In this document: piece by piece, positions 1 to 7,578 of the stretch
Numbering within the stretch: position 1 is the stretch's first letter
How the letters are laid out: every line of letters starts with the position of its first letter
From: Actinomycetes bacterium
Lineage (GTDB): Bacteria; Actinomycetota; Actinomycetes; JAHEKZ01
Direction of reading: 5' to 3'
Assembly (NCBI GenBank): GCA_035543875.1
Contig: DATKIY010000217.1
Location: 1 to 40,900, forward strand
Length of the DNA: 40,900 nt
Position numbers and translations under genes: made by a program
The notes under the pieces: model-generated
Told to the model about the DNA's origin: nothing
What the model saw: the letters and a program-made list of their open reading frames with translations, nothing else
The model's database searches: none

Positions 1-407
1 ACTTCGAAGGTCCTGCCACGAATCGTGGGCAGAATGAAGAAGTCGCCGTCGATCGCGGAGACAGCGTGCGGCGCTTGGTTCTTCACCATCTCGCCAGTCT
101 TGGTTCGCGTACCTATGTGTGATCGAAGCAAGGTGGGGTACGCCTTGCGTGGGTACACACCCATCACGACTTTGGCGCTCTGGTCGTATGTCGTCCCTAC
201 CGGATAGTTGACGCTGGCTGAGTAGCGTTTGATCATGCTGTGGCCAGCAAATGGTTGGTTGCTCTCGAAGTGAAGTCTCTTCACACCCACGTGACACGGA
301 CTACCTGCTGTCGCGACGTTGGGCACGGCAGCGGCCAAGCCAGCAACTACAGCTGCCGACGTGAGGAACACCAGGGTTCGATGTCTCGGGTGTCTTTGCT
401 GAAACAT
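1..407 (-). CDS. exported protein, N-terminal part only (gene continues past the left edge); possibly phosphodiester glycosidase (DUF2233-like)
   Basis: Absent from the ORF track because it has no stop in the window. Reverse-strand ATG at 405-407 follows a GGGAGGAA RBS. It translates MFQQRHPRHRTLVFLTSAAVVAGLAAAVPNVATAG (signal peptide) ...KNQAPHAVSAIDGDFFILPTIRG. The AI(D/N)GDFF motif is reminiscent of phosphodiester glycosidase domains. Confidence 0.55.
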   Translation of the reverse strand, partial: MFQQRHPRHRTLVFLTSAAVVAGLAAAVPNVATAGSPCHVGVKRLHFESNQPFAGHSMIKRYSASVNYPVGTTYDQSAKVVMGVYPRKAYPTLLRSHIGTRTKTGEMVKNQAPHAVSAIDGDFFILPTIRGRTFE

Positions 408-755
408 GTTCCTCCCTCGTGAGGGTGGACGAGTTTTCAGTGAAGTTCCACAAAATAGCCCACGCTAACCGGGGAAATGCAACCCTCTCGCGCCATCGTT
501 TTTAGCCAGTTACGTCGTGGACATCTGTCACTACAGAATGTGAACGCAATGGCTGTAGCCCCGGCCGTCGCAGTGCGTTGTAAAAATGGGGATGCAGCGG
601 CGCTGTGCGTCGCCGAGTAACTGTCGCCGCACTCTCGGTGATTCTTACGGACACGTAAACTTGTCCAACTTCAAGTGATCGTTGTCTGAATAGCGAGACC
701 GTTTTTGGTTCACTATCAGGCCGCGGAGTGGGAGCAACAGCTGAGTTGATGATGG

Positions 756-1328
756 ATGCCAAATGAATCCAGTGACGGGGCGAGTAGTCGGCGCCGCCTT
801 TCTGTCATTGGGGTGTCGTTGTTGCTTTTCGCAGGTGGCGGCACGAGTTCTGCCGCGGGGCCATAGATCAGCTTGATCTCGCAGAGCACGGACGGCACGC
901 GAGCTGATCTGCCTAGTTTCGACGCGAGCTCGACGCCCGACGGCCGCTAGGTCGTGTTCTACTGCGAGTCGGACAACCTTGTTCCCGATGGACTCGGCCA
1001 CACCGACATCTTTCTGCGCGACACCGTGGCGGGAACCACCGAGCTCATCTCGGCGAACGAGGCTGGCACCCGAGCTAATAGCTTCAGCCGCTCGCCAGTC
1101 ATCTCCGAGGACGGTCGCTACATCCCTTATATGTCCGCAGCCACCGGCCTCGTTTCGCAGGCGACGGTCGGCTCAAATGCGTATCTGTATGACCGTACGA
1201 CAGACGAGACGACCCTGCCGTCGGTAGCCGCGCCAGGTGCTTACTGCAGTCGGGAACGGGATTCGGATTCACTAACGACGCCGCAGCGCCTCCCTAGCGT
1301 CACACCGAGTCGCCCCGACCGGACCTGA
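756..1328 (+). pseudogene. PD40/TolB-like beta-propeller repeat exported protein, interrupted by two in-frame TAG codons
   Basis: One frame from ATG 756 reads MPNESSDGASSRRRLSVIGVSLLLFAGGGTSSAAGP (signal peptide), then TAG 864-866. It continues ISLISQSTDGTRADLPSFDASSTPDGR, then TAG 948-950, then VVFYCESDNLVPDGLGHTDIFLRDTVAGTTELISANEAG...SEDGRYIPYMSAATGLV...AYLYDRTTDETT. The repeats fit the PD40 pattern S.DG..A...S..P.IS.DGRYV.F.S.A.NLV..D.....D.F.RD. The ORF track shows only the 954..1328 tail. Confidence 0.7.
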
Positions 1329-1348
1329 ATCCGGGGAGGCCATACCCG

Positions 1349-2131
1349 TCACGGCCCTGCAGCGACAAGGACTGTTTCGCAATCAGCCGTCACGGAATCG
1401 CGAGCGTCGACATATGCCACGTCGTCGTTGCCTGGGCCGCAGTCGACGTTGTCGGTGTAACCGTCCTGTGCGTACATGATGTCATCACCGGCCTGGCCCA
1501 ACAGGACGTCCTTGTTACCGGACCCCTTGATGCGGTCATCGCCGTCGCCACCTTCGAGGCGGTCCGCTCCGTACTTGCCGTTGAGGAAATCCACCCCACG
1601 CCCACCGAAGAGGATGTCGCCATGATGGCGCCTCCACCCAGGGGACCCCACTAGTCGGTCGCGGCCCCGTCCACCGTAAAGCGTGTTGCGGCCACCAAGG
1701 GATCCGCCGTACAGGTGGTCATTGCCCAAACCGCCGACCAAGGTGTCAACACCTTCGCCGTCGGCGAAGCTCACGATATCGTCGCCACGGCCACCGGACG
1801 CCCAATCCCTTCCCTTCCCGTCGTATACGTGGTCATCCCCAGGGCCGCCGCGAATCGTGTCAGCACCGTTGCGGCCGTAGCCCACATCATTACCACCCAA
1901 AAGACACACATGGTTGTCACGGCGGTTGGCCGAGATCTCGTCGCTGCCCTGGGTCCCCGTAAACGCCAGATCACACGACGCCCGGACCGCCAAACCCGAT
2001 GCTGGACCGGTCAGCCCAAGCAACACCGAACCCATGGCTGTGCCTATCACCAGCCAACGGCCAACGCGACCCAAGGAAGGCAAGCGAGAACACGTTGCCC
2101 GCGCGGTGCCTACCTCCGCGAGACTACGCAT
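1349..2131 (-). CDS. exported RTX-like calcium-binding repeat protein
   Basis: ORF 1349..2167. Tandem GGxGxD nonapeptide-type repeats (GGNDVGYGRNGADTIRGGPGDDHVYDGKGRDWASGGRGDDIV...GGLGNDHLYGG...GGRGRDRLVG...GGDGDDRIKG). Hydrophobic signal-like segment RWLVIGTAMGSVLLGLTGPASGLA. Start placed at ATG 2129-2131 (MRSLAEVG...), but the start is uncertain. Confidence 0.7.
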   Translation of the reverse strand: MRSLAEVGTARATCSRLPSLGRVGRWLVIGTAMGSVLLGLTGPASGLAVRASCDLAFTGTQGSDEISANRRDNHVCLLGGNDVGYGRNGADTIRGGPGDDHVYDGKGRDWASGGRGDDIVSFADGEGVDTLVGGLGNDHLYGGSLGGRNTLYGGRGRDRLVGSPGWRRHHGDILFGGRGVDFLNGKYGADRLEGGDGDDRIKGSGNKDVLLGQAGDDIMYAQDGYTDNVDCGPGNDDVAYVDARDSVTADCETVLVAAGP

Positions 2132-2545
2132 TGCAGAGGTATACCTCACCGAGTCCAACACCAGCAAGGGCCGAGAGTGCCCGTGGCTGGCACCGTGCCA
2201 GCCAAGTGCCAGATTGCACCTACATCGTCGACACAGTCTCGCTCCAGGGTCCCATCAAGCACGGATGGTCAAGCGAGGTGCGGAGGGCTGCTACCAGAAA
2301 TCGTTAGGGAGTTGTAGAGAGTGGATCGTTTCGGGCTGTTCGATGAAGATGCGGAACCTCTCCACGACACGGGCTCGGACAGCCGGAGACGTTAGCACCG
2401 TCGAACTCGATGGTTCCGGGTCAAAACGATTTGATACTTCGTGCTCGATCACCCCTATCAGCACATGTATGTCTGAATCGTAGGCATCTCCGGCATGTGC
2501 TCCTCCTGTGGACTGACGGAGGCAAAGTATCCAAGTGCATGTTGA

Positions 2546-3138
2546 CTGGGTCCGACAAACTCATTGACAAATGACTCCAATGGCTTCACGGACGCATTTG
2601 TCCGCGATCGCGCGGCGAAGAAGACCGAACTTGTGTCGGTGAATGGGGACGGTAAGCAGGCGACCGCTAACACCAACTGGCAGCCGAACATTGCTGGTGG
2701 CGGACGCTTCGTCACCTTTGCCTCAGCGGCGGACAACCTCGGTGGCGTCGACAACCACAACACCGCGGACGTCTTCATCCATGACCGCGAAACCGGCGCA
2801 ACCAAGCTCGTTTCCAAAACAGATCAAGGGGTAAGCGGAACCGGTACCGCACCGCTGATCAGCGTCGATGGCAGCTCGATCCTCTTCACTCGTCCGGAGC
2901 GCTGCTTCCCGCCGACCTAAATGGCGCCTACGCCGACGTCTACCTTTGGGATCGGGTCAATCAGCAGATGCATCACATCTCAACGCCTCTTACTGGGACG
3001 CAGGAGATGAGGGTAAGTCAGGCGAGCGGCATCTCAGCGGATGGTCGGTTCGCGTTCTTCCTCAGCGCGGCGAACAACCTCATACCCAACGACACGAACA
3101 TCAACGACGACCTGTTCATGTTGGACCGGACAGGTTGA
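2546..3138 (+). pseudogene. PD40/TolB-like beta-propeller repeat protein fragment, 5'-truncated and frameshifted near 2888-2893
   Basis: The frame of ORF 2564..2920 reads (L)TNDSNGFTDAFVRDRAAKKTELVSVNGDGKQA...GGRFVTFASAADNLGGVDNHNTADVFIHDRETGATKLVS...SVDGSSILFT. The repeat then continues in another frame as SSGALLPADLNGAYADVYLWDRVNQQMHHIS...SADGRFAFFLSAANNLIPNDTNINDDLFMLDRTG, stop 3136-3138. No signal peptide or start precedes it; an in-frame TGA lies at 2543-2545. Confidence 0.65.
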
Positions 3139-3188
3139 GTCGAGACCGCTAGGCGTTATTGGTCCAGGCTCCAACACGAGCCCTTGCT

Positions 3189-3737
3189 TTAGAGGAACCA
3201 CCCGTGTGTTGGGGCGCGATCTGGGTGGGCTGGGTGATTCAGCGAGTATGAGCGCACACGCCATCGGACGTGTCTGGTTGGGTGAATTGTCGACAGTCGA
3301 ATGCGGCACCGCGCGACCTTTCCATGCTGGACGAAACGTCCCCTGGGTGGGTGTAGTTGATGTTTTGGCTGCTTTCTCTCCACGTAGCAGCCAGCGCCGT
3401 TTAGGTCGGCGTTTACGAGAGTCATGCGAAAGTCCGGTTTGTTTCCATGCCTGGAGTCAAGTCCAACCTGCATCCGCCAGTAGTTGCCTAGCTTGCGGTA
3501 CACGCGGACGCGGATGACCAGAACCCGGTGATCCGACATCTTCACAACGCGCCTTGACGTCAGTTGAATATCTGGCGATGGCCCCTCAGGGAAATCCCGC
3601 TGATCCCAGCCGGTTTCGCTGTATTTGATAGTGCCATCCCCGCCAGTCGTGGCCGCAGAAACCGTTCCAGGTTCCATTCCGGTCACTAGCACGATGAGGC
3701 AGGTGAGGGCGCTGCCCAACTTGTTCCGACATTTCAT
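3189..3737 (-). CDS. hypothetical exported protein
   Basis: ORF 3189..3749. ATG 3735-3737 follows a GGGAG RBS and gives MKCRNKLGSALTCLIVLVTGMEPGTVSA (signal peptide). No family recognised. Lies in a visibly A/T-richer stretch. Confidence 0.5.
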   Translation of the reverse strand: MKCRNKLGSALTCLIVLVTGMEPGTVSAATTGGDGTIKYSETGWDQRDFPEGPSPDIQLTSRRVVKMSDHRVLVIRVRVYRKLGNYWRMQVGLDSRHGNKPDFRMTLVNADLNGAGCYVERKQPKHQLHPPRGRFVQHGKVARCRIRLSTIHPTRHVRWRVRSYSLNHPAHPDRAPTHGWFL

Positions 3738-4037
3738 CGCAACTCCCAACTTGACGTCAACCGACCTTCACGCGAATCTTTGCCGCGGTTTGTTGGCGAC
3801 TGTCATTAAGCGACGTGACGTGAATGCTCACATTTAACTGAGAGTCGGGCTGGGCGTACGAGTGGTCTGTTGCGCGGGAACCTACTCTGGTTAGTTCATG
3901 GTGTGAAGCCTTGGCGCTCGCGGGGAAGTTCCAGCGGCGCAGCGAAATCGTGGTTGAACCGTTGTCGAAACTTGGCTCAGGCATCCGACTGACGGGTTAC
4001 ATTGCTCGTCAACAAGCTTTGGTGAACGGGGACCTCG

Positions 4038-4601
4038 ATGCCACGGTTACGACTTAGCGCCTGCGCCGCAGCAATCCTCCTGCTAGCCGTTGGTGCGCAA
4101 TTCCCAACGTCGATCGCGTCCGCCGTGAGGAGTCATCAAAAGTGCACCATCACAGGGACAGGACACCGTGACCATCTGGAAGGCACGTCAGGGAAAGATG
4201 TCATCTGCGGGCGCGGTGGACGAGACCACATCGTAGGTCGCGGCGGGGAGGACATCATTCGCGGTGGTGGCGCAGACGACTATGTCGATGGTGGATTCGG
4301 ATCTGATGTTCTGCAGGCGGGCCGAGGCGACGACGCGGTTGCGGGCGGCGGTGGGGGAGACCGGTTGGTGGGCAGAACCGGTTGGGATCGAATCAGCGGC
4401 GGGGATGGTCACGACTCGTTTTCCGGTGGACATGGTTGGGACTGTCTCGATGCCAAGGATGGCGTTAGGGACTCGCTGCACGGTGGTTCTGGCAATGACT
4501 GGTCGTACTCCGATCGAGGTCTTGGAAGTCACCCTGCGGACTTGAGAAGAGACGTTGAACATGAAGAGGCGTTCTGTCCCGAACATCCGGCAGCTTCGTG
4601 A
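4038..4601 (+). CDS. exported RTX-like calcium-binding repeat protein (paralogue class of 1349..2131)
   Basis: Signal peptide MPRLRLSACAAAILLLAVGAQFPTSIASA. It is followed by GTSGKDVICGRGGRDHIVGRGGEDIIRGGGADDYVDGGFGSDVLQAGRGDDAVAGGGGGDRLVG...GGDGHDSFSGGHGWD repeats. Confidence 0.7.
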   Translation: MPRLRLSACAAAILLLAVGAQFPTSIASAVRSHQKCTITGTGHRDHLEGTSGKDVICGRGGRDHIVGRGGEDIIRGGGADDYVDGGFGSDVLQAGRGDDAVAGGGGGDRLVGRTGWDRISGGDGHDSFSGGHGWDCLDAKDGVRDSLHGGSGNDWSYSDRGLGSHPADLRRDVEHEEAFCPEHPAAS

Positions 4602-4618
4602 CCGGCTAGGCGCTTACT

Positions 4619-5143
4619 TCACTGAACTAGTTGCGCCGGGCAACTCCACACCAGCCCGCGCATCGCGTCGCGAGTGAACTTCGCTGGCCGGCCCGTGGCG
4701 CCATCGACCACTTTGGCAGAACAGCCAACCATCGGCCAACGAGATCGGACGACTTTGGTGAGCTCGGGGCCAATGCCACCGATGCATTCGGCAGGAGCCT
4801 GGCTCACAAGTACCGAAATCGTGGTGACCCGCGTCGCTTCGGCCATGCCGGAAGTCAGTTGCTTGGATCGGCGCACGTTGACTTCACGAAACGGTTGGCA
4901 CATTGACGTGGGCAATTCAATCTTGAGCGCGTGTCCCTCGTGGCGGACGGCTATTACCGTAAACCGCTGTTTGATCTGTGATGACGGATCCGAAGATGCC
5001 GTATCTGTCATCGGACTCACGCTGTGTGATTTGGCAGGTGTTGGTTGCTCGCTCAACGGAGTTGGCGTCCCGCTGCAGCCGGCGGTGAGGATCGCAAGGC
5101 AGACTCCGACGGCGCCTAGCTGAACCCCGAGCAGGTCTGGCAT
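4619..5143 (-). CDS. lipoprotein, unknown function
   Basis: ORF 4619..5185. ATG 5141-5143 follows an AGGAG RBS. The N-terminus MPDLLGVQLGAVGVCLAILTAGCSG carries a lipobox (LTAGC). Confidence 0.6.
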   Translation of the reverse strand: MPDLLGVQLGAVGVCLAILTAGCSGTPTPLSEQPTPAKSHSVSPMTDTASSDPSSQIKQRFTVIAVRHEGHALKIELPTSMCQPFREVNVRRSKQLTSGMAEATRVTTISVLVSQAPAECIGGIGPELTKVVRSRWPMVGCSAKVVDGATGRPAKFTRDAMRGLVWSCPAQLVQ

Positions 5144-5392
5144 GTCGCTCCTACCGGCCGAGATATCTTTGCTGTCGGACGCCATGGCCAGGCATCCGGT
5201 TCCGCCGTCACTCCAACCGCTGACCGGCCGTGAGCCGAATGGCGGATACCCGAACTTCGTTTGGCTCGGTAGAAATTAGGTGCCCTGAAAAGGGACTCGG
5301 GGGAGTGGCTCCGCCGAGATTTGGGGGTGTTCCCTCGGCGGGGCCGCCCATTTTCCCAAAGATCTTGCATTGATACCCGCGCGCGGGAGTGA

Positions 5393-6148
5393 CTAGTCGT
5401 AGTGACGCATCGTGCGCACGTTGATGAACAGCATCAGGCCGACGAAGCCCGCAGCCACCAGGAAACCCCGGCTGATGACCACCCAGTTGAAGTCTTCAAG
5501 AATGAGTGAACGCATCGCTTCCATGACGTAGGTAACTGGGTTCAACGTTGCGGCGATCTCCATCGGACGCGTGAGCAACTCGCGCGGTACGAAGTTTGGC
5601 GTGAGAAACAGAAGCGGAAAGAAGACCAACCCGGCAGAGTTTGTCGCTGCGGCGCTGCGGGTTTTCAAGGCGACGAACTGCAGAAATCCCGAGTAGCCGA
5701 CAGCCCAGCCAGCCGTGAGCGCCAACAGCAGTAGGAAACCAAAGACTCCGCTCGCGATTCGGATTCCGAACGGCAGCGCCACCAACACCAGCAGCGTTGT
5801 CATGCCCAGCGACTTCACGGCCTCGGCCGACAAGCGGCCAAGGGCGAGCGACGAACGCGAAACTGGTGCGGCCCGTAACTTGTCGAAGTAGCCGTTCTCG
5901 ATCTCTTCCACCAAGTAGAGCGCGGCCGTGCCGAACGAGGCTGCCAACAGGAGTGTGATGGGCAGCTGGAACGCCGCGTAGTTCTGACCCTTGAGGAAGG
6001 CGGTGGAGTCAGTGGGGAAGATCTTTGCCGCCTGGCCGACATTGACCACCAAGAAGAACAGCGGGATCAACAAGGTCGGCAGGAGCGCATCTGGGGTTCG
6101 TTTGGCCTCACGAAGAGCTCGCTCACCCAGCACCATGGTCTGGCTCAT
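5393..6148 (-). CDS. ABC-2 type exporter permease (DrrB-like)
   Basis: 251-aa polytopic membrane protein. It has a 4-nt ATGA overlap (6145-6148) with the upstream ATPase gene, the usual DrrAB-type pair. Confidence 0.8.
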   Translation of the reverse strand: MSQTMVLGERALREAKRTPDALLPTLLIPLFFLVVNVGQAAKIFPTDSTAFLKGQNYAAFQLPITLLLAASFGTAALYLVEEIENGYFDKLRAAPVSRSSLALGRLSAEAVKSLGMTTLLVLVALPFGIRIASGVFGFLLLLALTAGWAVGYSGFLQFVALKTRSAAATNSAGLVFFPLLFLTPNFVPRELLTRPMEIAATLNPVTYVMEAMRSLILEDFNWVVISRGFLVAAGFVGLMLFINVRTMRHYD

Positions 6149-6945
6149 GCCTGCACCTCCTGGACTTCGCCTGCGCCGCGTTCTCGATTGCGCCCGGTGA
6201 CGTCGAGGAAGACGTCGTCGAGGCTCGGTTCGGTCTCGAGTCCGCGTCGCGTTTTGAGCTCAGACTTCAACTGGCTCGGGCTTCCTTCGCGAACAATCAA
6301 ACCGCCGTCGATAATCGCAAGACGCTCGCACAACTGATCTGCTTCTTCTAGGTACTGAGTGGTTAGGAACACGGTGGTGCCGCGGTGGTTAATGCGTCGA
6401 ACTTCATCCCAAACCACCAATCGGCTGGCTGGGTCGAGACCGGTGGTTGGTTCGTCGAGGAACAGGACATCGGGCTCATGGACGAGCGCTGACGCAAGGT
6501 CGAGGCGTCGCTTCATGCCTCCCGAGTAACCCTTGATGAGCCGATCGGCGGCGTCCACCAGCTCGACAAGCTCAAGGAGTTCTTCTGCTCGCTGGCTTGC
6601 TGTAGTTCTAGACATACCGAACAGGCGTGCTTGAAGGACCAACAGCTCTCTTCCGGTCTGCCGGGGATCGAGTCCGGCCTCCTGCAGGGCGACGCCAATC
6701 TTTCGACGTGCTTCGTCGGGCTCTTTCTCGACATCGACACCCGCGACGCGAGCGATGCCAGCCGTGATTTTGGTGAGTGTGGTGAGCATGCGAACGGTGG
6801 TTGATTTTCCGGCGCCATTGGGGCCGAGGAATCCGAAGATCTCACCGGCTGCCACCGCCAGATCTACGCCACGCACTGCTTCGATCGATTCGCCCTTGGC
6901 GCTGAAGGTCTTTACCAGGCCGTGGGCCTCCACTGCTGTAGTCAT
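6145..6945 (-). CDS. ABC transporter ATP-binding protein (DrrA-like)
   Basis: Walker A GPNGAGKST, signature YSGGMKRRLDLA, Walker B VLFLDEPTTGLD. Confidence 0.9.
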   Translation of the reverse strand: MTTAVEAHGLVKTFSAKGESIEAVRGVDLAVAAGEIFGFLGPNGAGKSTTVRMLTTLTKITAGIARVAGVDVEKEPDEARRKIGVALQEAGLDPRQTGRELLVLQARLFGMSRTTASQRAEELLELVELVDAADRLIKGYSGGMKRRLDLASALVHEPDVLFLDEPTTGLDPASRLVVWDEVRRINHRGTTVFLTTQYLEEADQLCERLAIIDGGLIVREGSPSQLKSELKTRRGLETEPSLDDVFLDVTGRNRERGAGEVQEVQA

Positions 6946-7316
6946 GCGCGGGACCTTATGCGGCTGGTCCGACAGTGGGTCAAATCATTTGAACTGAGAC
7001 ACCGTTCGACGTCACGCCGAGCCAGATTCAGACCTGGAAGATGTGGGATGAACAGATTGGGACCCCGCTGCCGACGGGGGATGCAGCAGCGGGGTTGAGA
7101 AAAAACTAGCGCTTCACGCCCAGAAATGCAGTTGAATGGGCAAATAGGATGGTTCGTGGCGGATGACTCCAACGTCCTCCGCGATTGCGTAATCGGCCGA
7201 CGATCGCGTGTCAGTCTGGGACTTGGGCCCAATGTGTAGTCGTTCGGACGTTCCGTCACAGTTGCTGATCACGCCGTCTGGCGGTGAGCCCAACTAATAG
7301 GGCGTACTGTCGACAC

Positions 7317-7517
7317 ATGAATAGCAATCAAGCAACGCAGACCGGCAACGATCTCTCCGAGTACCGAACAGCCGTGGAGAGGTTGGCCGAATTCCTGAAG
7401 ACGATCGAGGGACAGCCGCTCACGGACGAGAAGCGCGATCAACTCAAGGCGCTCCAGGTGGCTGAGCGCATGGCTAAGAAGCAGCACAAAGAAGGACTGG
7501 CTGACGACTTCGACTAG
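7317..7517 (+). CDS. small hypothetical protein (66 aa, helical, charged)
   Basis: ORF 7284..7517, with the start moved to ATG 7317 (MNSNQATQTGNDLSEYRTAVERLAEFLK...). No recognised family, and only moderate third-position GC bias. Confidence 0.35.
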   Translation: MNSNQATQTGNDLSEYRTAVERLAEFLKTIEGQPLTDEKRDQLKALQVAERMAKKQHKEGLADDFD

Positions 7518-7578
7518 TCGAAGTCAGCTCCACCCGTAGGTGACGCTGCAGATTTGCTGAGTGTGGTTGTGCGGCGAC

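Noticed and set aside
864-950. Two in-frame TAG codons read as programmed recoding (pyrrolysine or amber suppression).
   Set aside because: The window contains no pyl genes or suppressor tRNA. The gene also loses repeat similarity downstream, and its neighbour is frameshifted. Ordinary pseudogenisation is the simpler reading.
7062-7095. 10-bp-stem hairpin ACCCCGCTGC...GCAGCGGGGT followed by an A-run, in the 330-bp gap upstream of the ABC operon.
   Set aside because: A T-run precedes the stem on the minus strand and an A-run follows it on the plus strand. No gene ends upstream of it in either orientation, so it does not fit an intrinsic terminator. No known RNA motif was recognised.
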